Below, piece by piece: positions 39,101 through 46,830 of a stretch of DNA of 64,000 nucleotides. The position numbers were made by a program, and so were the translations under genes. The notes under the pieces are model-generated. The model saw only the letters and a program-made list of their open reading frames with translations, was not told the origin of the DNA and did no database searches. The stretch lies in the IMG/VR virus record IMGVR_UViG_3300031993_000012, positions 118,216 through 182,215 of that record, one strand, 5' to 3'. The stretch comes from a virus. Taxonomy: Duplodnaviria; Caudoviricetes. The number at the start of each line of letters is the position of its first letter. Position 1 is the stretch's first letter.

Positions 39101-40217
39101 GTGGTTCATTGAGCGTGGTTGTTTGTGGTGTTGCTAATACATAATACACGGTAACGGGTGTTCCCGCAGTGTATTGCTGTTGCAAGTAAGATTTAAAAGC
39201 ATCAACCGTTGAGTATGAGCTATCGCGTATATATAGAATCATGCTAGTTCCTGATCCAGCATAAAAAGTTGACGATTTATCAGCAACATAACTCCAGAGA
39301 CTAACATTCGCCTGAGATCTGTAGTGCGTCGAAATAGTTGTTTTAATTGTCTGTCTCAGATAATCACTTACAGCAATATTAAACAAGTTAGCATCTAAAT
39401 GCCCTGATGTGATATCTTCCTGTCCTGTCAGCACCAACTTCTTAATTTTTCTTGTAGTTTGATAATTACCGAAGTAAGCATTGATATCATTACCACCATT
39501 GATAGATGTAGGTAAATAATAACCGTATGGTTCATATGGTAACGGTGATGATCCTTCATTAAGTATCGTGTCATAATCTTCGGGGTGTGATCCATTAAGA
39601 TTACGATACGCAATAGTTATGTAACCTTCATCAGATGTTACTGTTCGAGGAATATTATCTGATACACCATTCGTGACAGTCGATGCTCCTGATGAAACAT
39701 TACCCGGTAATATAAACAATGGAGCGCCTGAAGACGTAATCGGTGCATTTGTAGATAATGTAAAATCACCAGATCCAACATATATGCCGATATATGTGAG
39801 ATTAGTGCTTATACCAGCATATTCTTCATTCCACAAATTATTACTCTTGATACCAACACCAATCACATCGACCGGCGCCGTGGGCGTCGGTGTCCCATCC
39901 TGTACCGCATTACCATCAACCGTCATTGATACAATTGGTGAACCGTTTGCATCAATTTCAATTGGATATTCATTTCCAGTAACAGTATCCAATGTTCCAT
40001 TTCTATAAGTACCATTTTCATTGATACTTATTGAAGTTAAATCCTTTTTGATTGTTGCTATATCTTCCGGATAGTCACTGAATTTATCTCCGTCATTAAC
40101 AGTACCACCCTTTGCGATAATAGCGTCTTTAATAGCATCACGAGCAACAATCAGATTTTCAGTTTTCTGTTGTAACTCCGCAATGTTTTCATTTATTGTT
40201 GGCATATTAAATAACAC
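36150..40217 (-). CDS. DGR target: tail fibre/receptor-binding protein with C-terminal C-type lectin (Mtd/FGE-like) domain
   Basis: GQVMVYIPKFYYK, HPAF, YRGIENMWGNIWKWVDG and a terminal GGxW...GARL. Two internal GTPTP...LPYEPYGY...VTVYYVLA modules. Confidence 0.9.
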   Translation of the reverse strand: MLFNMPTINENIAELQQKTENLIVARDAIKDAIIAKGGTVNDGDKFSDYPEDIATIKKDLTSISINENGTYRNGTLDTVTGNEYPIEIDANGSPIVSMTVDGNAVQDGTPTPTAPVDVIGVGIKSNNLWNEEYAGISTNLTYIGIYVGSGDFTLSTNAPITSSGAPLFILPGNVSSGASTVTNGVSDNIPRTVTSDEGYITIAYRNLNGSHPEDYDTILNEGSSPLPYEPYGYYLPTSINGGNDINAYFGNYQTTRKIKKLVLTGQEDITSGHLDANLFNIAVSDYLRQTIKTTISTHYRSQANVSLWSYVADKSSTFYAGSGTSMILYIRDSSYSTVDAFKSYLQQQYTAGTPVTVYYVLATPQTTTLNEPLMKIGDYSDQLTLTNSDITLPTVTGNNLIDYDLTVKPSSTSISYYKLGVNKTITSDTLPIEFESIGDPLISYSITGQTVQNGTPTPSSPVAVNGTGDKTGNLCQSIRAVNGWLVGYRFAYNGQWTSTNTNGEWLSPKIPISAGTEFTISSMSIENPSMSVYFWNGDTYISSLSDTDYTGSTFTAPEGTTQIDFAIRAGADKKSESQIISNGFWVMVNVGSTALPYEPYGYKLSISDNTDVNNIYLGNVQSTRKIKKYEFTGTEALQTSGSGNTRFFYLSIDDARSWATIISDRYVNANISSTTEDIGIAMSGNSQFRIRPDLISTVDDFKTYLQQQYAAGTPVTVWYVLAEPTTGIVNEPLMRIGDYADTLSSVQAQVQIPTTVGHNTFNVNTTVKPSLTSITYNDLNTIGYDEITVNVPNTYSSSDEGKVVNSGALVPQTAYPTEITENDTYDTTLYNSIVVNVPPAPTPPFVEVIRYNNNHQPTDIIINNKPDDSLTWMYLSSNIKSIEFKSTPTSLSQNLFTSATSLETVYVPWSENEVTGYPWGAPNTTHFVYDYPSISASRTINYENDTTSTTGSVLNLRAYNMMGRCNVSDDGTITAYYGDTSYTEDGSNGQVMVYIPKFYYKVNITDKQLVDSNNPDYGYDIHEATYSISDIQLDGYKLHPAFINANGDEVNYVLCSAFEGSTYDTSASAYNTTDAQTVDFTASTGDLLASIGYVDNSGTTVHVKPASGLTQQLTRPNAMKIAKNRGAGWYALTFKLASAIQMLITVEYGCNSQVAIANGVVGITDNSSYNCASYVGSTVGNTTGRAASTINEIGGTETTYTSSTTTSANYRGIENMWGNIWKWVDGINIYGNGSQRGGVPYVCTDMNFSDTNTSNYESAGFTVANTDGYVKYFGWGNDKYDWVFMPSTAGSGGASASTTVGDYFYKTANLNGYRAARLGGCWNDSSRAGVFYWYVYGAASARSRVLGARLMYIPS
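36164..36276 (-). repeat. DGR variable repeat (VR) with IMH
   Basis: Encodes AARLGGCWNDSSRAGVFYWYVYGAASARSRVLGARLM at the 3' end of the target gene. Confidence 0.96.
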
Positions 40218-40428
40218 CTCCTAATGCAAGATTTATTTCAGTTAAATCGAGATTGATATCATCGATTACCTGATTGATGGATAAAACATTTGCAGGTTGT
40301 TTTTCCAATCCATCAGTTGATTTTGCCGTACCTCCAACAGAAAGTACGGCATTACCAATATTGATTCTGGTTTGATTTACACGTTCTAATTTATCGGCGA
40401 TTGTATTAGGCATAATATCACCTCTCAT
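40207..40428 (-). CDS. Small fibre adaptor-like protein, similar to the N-terminus of the DGR target
   Basis: MPNTIADKL...IGNAVLSVGGT..DGLEKQPANVLSI versus MPTINENIAEL...IKDAIIAKGGT..DKFSDYPEDIATI. Confidence 0.55.
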   Translation of the reverse strand: MRGDIMPNTIADKLERVNQTRINIGNAVLSVGGTAKSTDGLEKQPANVLSINQVIDDINLDLTEINLALGGVI

Positions 40429-40431
40429 TTA

Positions 40432-42249
40432 TTAATATTCAATGTATGTATATGACGATGGAGACGGATAATTGGTTTTTGTTGTGTATGCTGTCAATGT
40501 TCCTGATGGTACATAAATAATACAATCAGTTGGAACACCTGTCCATGCAGCACTGCTAGAGACAGTCGGTGGAGTTGTTGAAGTAAATTTGATCGATCCC
40601 AATCCATAACAATACTGGAAAGCATAACTACCAATACTAGTAACTCCATCAGGTATTGTAATAGATTGTAATGAAAAACAATACTGGAAAGCATTACTAT
40701 CAATACTAGTAGCTCCATCAGGTATTGTTATTGATGTTAATGAAGTACAATTTTGGAAAGTGTATTGACCAATACTAGTAACTCCATCAGGTATTGTAAT
40801 AGATTGTAATGAATAACAACTATTGAAAGCATAATTACCAATACTAGTAACTGAGTTAGGTATTGTAATAGATTGTAATGAATAACAATACTGGAAAGCA
40901 TAACTACCAATACTAGTAACTCCATCAGGAATAGTAATAGATGATAATGAAAAACAATAATTGAAAGCACTCTGACCAATACTAGTAACTGTATCAGGAA
41001 TAATGATTGAGGTTAATGATCTACAACTAGCAAAAGCATTACCACCAATACTAGTAACTCCATCAGGTATTGTTACAGATGTCATTGAAGAACAATCACT
41101 GAAAGCACTACCACTAATACTAGTAACTCCATCAGGTATTGTAATAGATTGTAATGAATAACAACTATTGAAAGCATAATTACCAATACTAGTAGCTCCA
41201 TCAGGTATTGTTATTGATGTTAATGAAGTACAATTTTGGAAAGTGTATTGACCAATACTAGTAACTGAATCAGGTATTGTGATAGATTGTAATGAATAAC
41301 AACCTTGGAAAGCATAATTACCAATACTAGTAACTGAATCAGGTATTGTGATAGATTGTAATGAATAACAATACTGGAATGCTCTACCACCAAAACTAAC
41401 ATTATTACCAATCTCAATACTAATCAATGAATTCTGATATACTCTATCATTATTCACATTTGGAGATGAGGATTTCCTAAGTATATTAGAATAATAGCTA
41501 CTATCACCATTCAATGTAATACTACCAGTTGTTACTGAAATGGATATAGTATACTCCCCTGCAGATGTATATTCATGAGGTGTATACACTGTAGAAGTAT
41601 TTAATGTAACACTCTCAACTGTACTACCATCACCCCAGTCTATTGATACGGTAGTGCCACTACTATTACCAGTCAATCCCAGATATGGTTTTAATCTTCC
41701 CTCTCCAAGTCTTATGTGTAATCTTGTACTACCATCATCGGTTACATACATCTGACCAATATCAAGTTTTCCATTATTGGTAACATACGTTTTTGCATCA
41801 GCAAAACTCAAATTCCATCCTTGTGCTGTTAACCCCTCGTGTGAGGGGTTTGATGGCATTTCTGTTAATGCCAAGAATTCATCTTTTGTATATGAATATA
41901 ATACAGAACCATCATAATCATAGAAGTTTACTTTACTGGAAGCTCCCTTGTAGCCAGACAAAATCAATTCCAATATCTCAGCAGTATCACCGATACCATT
42001 TTTGATATCGGTGACATTCGTATTGATTGTGTTGGTAGTTTGTTCAATACCACCAACGGTATTAAGTATTTGGGTCAATACCGGACTTAAATCATCGATA
42101 CTTTGTTGAGCCAATGCAATATTATCCGCATTGGTTTTCATCTGTGTATCGATTGTATCCATATTGGCTGTGATGACGGACATATCGAAATTGTCATTCG
42201 GATCTGTTTGTTTTCCTAAATTGTAATTAGGTGTGTATGTTGTAGCCAA
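40432..42249 (-). CDS. BspA-type (LRR_5) leucine-rich-repeat fibre protein, 12 repeats
   Basis: 23-aa units SIGxxAFxxCxSLxSITIPDxVT, a DWGDG PKD-like domain and a MATTYTPNY N-terminus. Confidence 0.9.
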   Translation of the reverse strand: MATTYTPNYNLGKQTDPNDNFDMSVITANMDTIDTQMKTNADNIALAQQSIDDLSPVLTQILNTVGGIEQTTNTINTNVTDIKNGIGDTAEILELILSGYKGASSKVNFYDYDGSVLYSYTKDEFLALTEMPSNPSHEGLTAQGWNLSFADAKTYVTNNGKLDIGQMYVTDDGSTRLHIRLGEGRLKPYLGLTGNSSGTTVSIDWGDGSTVESVTLNTSTVYTPHEYTSAGEYTISISVTTGSITLNGDSSYYSNILRKSSSPNVNNDRVYQNSLISIEIGNNVSFGGRAFQYCYSLQSITIPDSVTSIGNYAFQGCYSLQSITIPDSVTSIGQYTFQNCTSLTSITIPDGATSIGNYAFNSCYSLQSITIPDGVTSISGSAFSDCSSMTSVTIPDGVTSIGGNAFASCRSLTSIIIPDTVTSIGQSAFNYCFSLSSITIPDGVTSIGSYAFQYCYSLQSITIPNSVTSIGNYAFNSCYSLQSITIPDGVTSIGQYTFQNCTSLTSITIPDGATSIDSNAFQYCFSLQSITIPDGVTSIGSYAFQYCYGLGSIKFTSTTPPTVSSSAAWTGVPTDCIIYVPSGTLTAYTTKTNYPSPSSYTYIEY

Positions 42250-44026
42250 TGTATTCTCCCTCCATTTCTTTTATTTTCTTTGATTGTAAATCACTGATCT
42301 TAAGTGTCTGTGACCAATCAATCGATGGATTCAATATCCAACGATTATTCTTGTATACTTTTGCACGCCGGAGTGCATTGTATGTGATGTCGAGTTTCGA
42401 CGGTTTGATTTGTGTATCGGTGGTAATATCATTCTGACCGTATGTGGTTGGAATGTTGGAACTGTATGTGACAGAATCTGCATAATCACCAATTTTCATG
42501 AGTGGTTCATTGAGTGTGGTTGTTTGTGGTGTTGCTAATACGTAATACACGGTAACGGGTGTTCCCGCTTGATACTGTTGTTGGAGATATTGTTTGAACG
42601 TTGTTTCATCATTGAATGATGTATCGCATATTATTAAACGATTATTAGTATTATAAAAACCAACAGTACCATTCAAAAATGACGCCGAACCGGATGCATT
42701 TGCGGTACCAATATAATGTGTACATACGGTAATCATACCATTTTTCATATAACCAGTGACCGTTGTCCAGAATTTACTACCAGTCAGATAAGTCCACGTT
42801 TCATTACCAGTCAATACCAACTTTTGAATTTGTCTGATGGATTGAAATGTTCCAAGATAAATGTTTGTTATCTGAGAATCAATGTCTAAACCAACTTTAT
42901 ATCCATACGGTTCATATGGTAATGATGATGAACCTATGTTAAACATGAAACGATTGTCCAGATTTTCACTGTAACCGGTGAAATTTATGATACAATAAAC
43001 AGCATTTGCTGGAGATGTATCTGATAAAGAATACTCTGGTATAGTAAGTGTATCCATCGTTTTACGTGAAATCAACTGTTTTGTATTATCAAACCAATTT
43101 ATTGCGATTGTATTAGCAACATGCGCTGTACCATAACATGTATACGTATACGTAGTATTTGGTATTATAGCGATGTAATCGGTGTGATTAAGTCTACTTG
43201 GACCCGAGGCGGTTGTATCGGTTTCAATACCACTGGAGTTAATATATTTTCCAATAGTAGCAGTTGACAAATCGAATAGATTCCTACTAACATCACCAAC
43301 ACCAGTTACATCAACCGGATCAGTTGGAGTAGGAGTTCCATTCTGTACAGTATTACCATATACAGTACAAGAATCAATTCCATCTCCTTGAGAGAATACT
43401 GTTGATGGAATCGGTGATAATGTTTCATTCACACCGTATTGACGATACATGATTTCGTTCCACATATCAACCGAATCACACGATGTTGGGTATATTGGAT
43501 TCTGTGGAGTTGGTGTACTATCTTGAATCAAGTATCCTTCGATAATACCACTCAAACCTTCAGGAACAGTAACTGTTTCAGTTGTTGGTTCTGCCAATAC
43601 ATACCAGATGGTTACTGGATGTCCTGCTTGATATTCGCTTCTAAGATATTCTTTGAAACCATTTATATTGTTACCAAGCGATTGTGCATTCATTATATCT
43701 TTTCCGAAATTCATATAAATAACATTATATGAATTTACTGAATTTATTGCAACTGTAGATGTTGGAGCGGCTGTTGAATATGGTAATCGATCACATATTA
43801 CTATATTATTTGGAGATAGATTTTCTGAAATATAATTATTCCAAATATAATATAAATAATTATTATCATTAGGACTTGAGTTTTTATTAAACGATTCGTC
43901 ACCAGTTAATTCAACTTTACCGATTCGGTGTGTTAGCTCCCCCGTGTGTAAATTCAATTCATCTTTAACATTACCAATTGCATATAATGATACAGGTAAT
44001 GTTAAATTTGATCGTTGTTTAATCAT
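42227..44026 (-). CDS. Tail fibre-associated protein sharing modules with the DGR target
   Basis: VQNGTPTP, LPYEPYGYK, KLVLTG, YLQQQYQAGTPVTVYYVLATPQTTTLNEPLMKIGDY. Confidence 0.75.
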   Translation of the reverse strand: MIKQRSNLTLPVSLYAIGNVKDELNLHTGELTHRIGKVELTGDESFNKNSSPNDNNYLYYIWNNYISENLSPNNIVICDRLPYSTAAPTSTVAINSVNSYNVIYMNFGKDIMNAQSLGNNINGFKEYLRSEYQAGHPVTIWYVLAEPTTETVTVPEGLSGIIEGYLIQDSTPTPQNPIYPTSCDSVDMWNEIMYRQYGVNETLSPIPSTVFSQGDGIDSCTVYGNTVQNGTPTPTDPVDVTGVGDVSRNLFDLSTATIGKYINSSGIETDTTASGPSRLNHTDYIAIIPNTTYTYTCYGTAHVANTIAINWFDNTKQLISRKTMDTLTIPEYSLSDTSPANAVYCIINFTGYSENLDNRFMFNIGSSSLPYEPYGYKVGLDIDSQITNIYLGTFQSIRQIQKLVLTGNETWTYLTGSKFWTTVTGYMKNGMITVCTHYIGTANASGSASFLNGTVGFYNTNNRLIICDTSFNDETTFKQYLQQQYQAGTPVTVYYVLATPQTTTLNEPLMKIGDYADSVTYSSNIPTTYGQNDITTDTQIKPSKLDITYNALRRAKVYKNNRWILNPSIDWSQTLKISDLQSKKIKEMEGEYIGYNIHT

Positions 44027-44041
44027 TATATATCACCCCGA

Positions 44042-44974
44042 TCAGAATCCAAATCCGATTGAACCCACTGGAATATCACCCGTTGGTTCCGTTAATGATG
44101 TATACTGACGAACTCCGTTTACCACGATATAATTTGGACCCGATCCAATACCACTGTCTTTTACAGTTTTTCCATTTGCACCAAATGCAACCAGATTATT
44201 TTCAGTAGTACCGGACGCAAGTCCGGGAATTGCATTATCAATTTTTGCAACTTCTTCTGCATTGATTCCACTGTTGATTGCAGCCCATTGTTCAGTAGTA
44301 AATGATGTATTGTTAACATCATATTCATATGCCCAATGTGAATTGTCAATTGGTGGATCAACCCATTTATATCGTTCATAATGGTTTACTGTGTCATCTT
44401 GTTCATACCATGTATCTGCAGCCCACACATCACTACTCTCACCGGGAACGTATTTCCCATCGACGAGTTTATAGTATTCTGTCGGGTCGAATGATGCAGG
44501 CTCTTCGGTAAGTAATGTATAATTGTATACAATCAGAAATGCATAGTCATTATTATCTGCTTGAACGGCATCCATTTCTGCTTTGGTTTCATACGTACCT
44601 TTGAATTCTGCCGTTGATGATTCAATGGATTGATTGACATAATTTGTGATTGTTGAGTTTGCGATTGGGTTCATTGATGTCAATGAAGTTTCAGTATCGG
44701 TCATTTGTTGAACGATTTCCTGTACTTCTTCAGGATCAACTCCACCACCACCTTCATCCGGGAAGTAATCAGTGATGTTAGCACCACTGATTACGTCGCC
44801 AGTAACAGCATCGGTTACCCAATACTGAGGAAACTGAATAAGTTGTAAGAGTTGTTCGCGATTGACATAAACGTTTGTTGCTGGATTCGGTACTCCAATA
44901 ACCGCAATACGTTTTGGGTTTAATGGTGGTACCGATTTATCAACAACATTAATCAGTACTGTATCGACTGCCAT
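44042..44974 (-). CDS. Tail-associated structural protein
   Basis: N-terminal ~75 aa shared with 46831..48894; FTTEQWAAINSGI; terminal PTGDIPVGSI. Confidence 0.65.
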   Translation of the reverse strand: MAVDTVLINVVDKSVPPLNPKRIAVIGVPNPATNVYVNREQLLQLIQFPQYWVTDAVTGDVISGANITDYFPDEGGGGVDPEEVQEIVQQMTDTETSLTSMNPIANSTITNYVNQSIESSTAEFKGTYETKAEMDAVQADNNDYAFLIVYNYTLLTEEPASFDPTEYYKLVDGKYVPGESSDVWAADTWYEQDDTVNHYERYKWVDPPIDNSHWAYEYDVNNTSFTTEQWAAINSGINAEEVAKIDNAIPGLASGTTENNLVAFGANGKTVKDSGIGSGPNYIVVNGVRQYTSLTEPTGDIPVGSIGFGF

Positions 44975-44980
44975 TTATAA

Positions 44981-45253
44981 TCACTCCTCTGATTCTGGGG
45001 TTGTTGGTGTTACGGGAATATTTGGTATCATCGGAGGAATCATTCCGGGAATACCGAACTGTGGTTGCTGTGGTTCCTCTGGCGGTTCGGGATGCTCAAT
45101 CGGAACATCGGTTTCTTCGTATGTATACTTACACGGTATGATATCTACGGCATCCTCGTATAATGCACCTGTTTCTACCTGTTTGATCATAACGTCCTGA
45201 TCTGAATAACGACGCTCGCGAGTCTCGTTATCTACTAATTCTACAATAATCAT
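44981..45253 (-). CDS. Small acidic/Pro-rich protein after an LRR fibre (possible assembly chaperone)
   Basis: SD GAGGAGG; RRYSD...QVETGALYEDAVD...YTYEETD. Confidence 0.55.
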   Translation of the reverse strand: MIIVELVDNETRERRYSDQDVMIKQVETGALYEDAVDIIPCKYTYEETDVPIEHPEPPEEPQQPQFGIPGMIPPMIPNIPVTPTTPESEE

Positions 45254-45270
45254 ATTTGATTACCTCCTCT

Positions 45271-46815
45271 TTAATATTCGATATATGTGTATGACGACGA
45301 TGATGGGTAATTCGTCGCGGATGTATATGCTGATAATGAACCTGATGGAACATAAATTTTGCATGTTGTTGGAACATTTTGCCATGCATTACTGCTGGAA
45401 ACAGTTGGCGGAGTTGTTGATTTGAATTTGATTGATTCCATGTATGAACAACCACTGAAAGCACTACCACCAATTGTAGTAACTCCAGAGCCAATTGTAA
45501 TTGATGATAATGAAGAACAACTACTGAAAGCACTACCACCAATACTAGTAACTCCATTAGGTATAGTAATTGATGTTAATGAATAACAATTACTGAAAGC
45601 ACTACCACCAATACTAGTAACTGTATCAGGTATTGTAATTGATTGTAATGAATAACAATTATTGAAAGCATTACTACCAATACTAGTAACTGTATCAGGT
45701 ATAGTAATTGATGTTAATGAATAACAATTAGTGAAAGCACTACCACCAATACTAGTAACTCCATTAGGTATAGTGATTGATGATAATGCATAACAACTAC
45801 TAAAAACACTACTACTAATACTAGTAACTGTATCAGGTATAGTAATTGATGTTAATGAATAACAATTAGTGAAAGCACTACTATCAATACTAGTAACTGT
45901 ATCAGGAATAGTAATTGATGTTAATGAAAAACAATTAGTGAAAGCACTACTATCAATACTACTTATTCCAGTACCAATCTCAATTTTCTTTATTGAATTA
46001 TTATACGCTCTATCAGGTGAACTAGCATTATTATTTCCATTCCATAAGATACCGGATACAGATGTAGTAGACGATTGTAATACAAAACTACCAGATGTTA
46101 CAGTAATAGCTATTACATAATCTCCTGGTGTAGCATATTCATGTCTCTCACTCTTATATCCAGCAGTCGTGGAAGTAAACGTACTGTGAGAACCACCATC
46201 ACCCCAATCGATATCAAGTTCACTATTAGCATTAAGATACAACTGAAGTATTGGGCTAATGCGCCCTTCAGTAAGAGTTATATATAACCTGGTCTTTCCA
46301 TCATCGGTCATATACATCTGTCCGATGTTCAATGAACCATTTGCAGTTACATATGTTTTAGCATCAGCGAGACTGTAATTCCATCCTTGAGCCGTAAGCC
46401 CCTCGTGTGAGGGGTTTGATGGCATTTCTGTCAATGCGATGAATTCATCCTTTGTATATGATGCAGCGACCGTTCCATCATAATCATAGAATGTTACTTT
46501 ACTGGAAGCACCAGCATAACCGTCCAATATCAAATCCAATATTTCGTTTGTGTCTCCGAGCTTCCCATCGACATTAGTTACGTTGGAATTTATACTGGTT
46601 GTATTCTGTTGGATTGCTGATACCGTATTCAGGATCTGATTCAATATTGGAGTGATGTCTGTGACAACACCACGTGTATTCGCAATATTATCAGCAGTTC
46701 TTTTCATCTGGGTATCGATTGCATCCATATTGTCAGTAATCGTATCCATATTGAATAAATCCTTTGGATCTTCCTGTTTACCCAAATCATAATTGGGTGT
46801 ATATGTCGTTGCCAT
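45271..46815 (-). CDS. BspA-type LRR fibre protein, 8 repeats; paralog of 40432..42249
   Basis: Same N-terminus, FYDYDG...EMPSNPSHEGLTAQGWN block, LRR units and C-terminal cap. Confidence 0.9.
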   Translation of the reverse strand: MATTYTPNYDLGKQEDPKDLFNMDTITDNMDAIDTQMKRTADNIANTRGVVTDITPILNQILNTVSAIQQNTTSINSNVTNVDGKLGDTNEILDLILDGYAGASSKVTFYDYDGTVAASYTKDEFIALTEMPSNPSHEGLTAQGWNYSLADAKTYVTANGSLNIGQMYMTDDGKTRLYITLTEGRISPILQLYLNANSELDIDWGDGGSHSTFTSTTAGYKSERHEYATPGDYVIAITVTSGSFVLQSSTTSVSGILWNGNNNASSPDRAYNNSIKKIEIGTGISSIDSSAFTNCFSLTSITIPDTVTSIDSSAFTNCYSLTSITIPDTVTSISSSVFSSCYALSSITIPNGVTSIGGSAFTNCYSLTSITIPDTVTSIGSNAFNNCYSLQSITIPDTVTSIGGSAFSNCYSLTSITIPNGVTSIGGSAFSSCSSLSSITIGSGVTTIGGSAFSGCSYMESIKFKSTTPPTVSSSNAWQNVPTTCKIYVPSGSLSAYTSATNYPSSSSYTYIEY

Positions 46816-46830
46816 TATATCACCTCACTT

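Noticed and set aside
40590-41400. 69-bp periodic repeats as a CRISPR array
   Set aside because: They are in-frame LRR codons with no unique spacers, and there are no cas genes.
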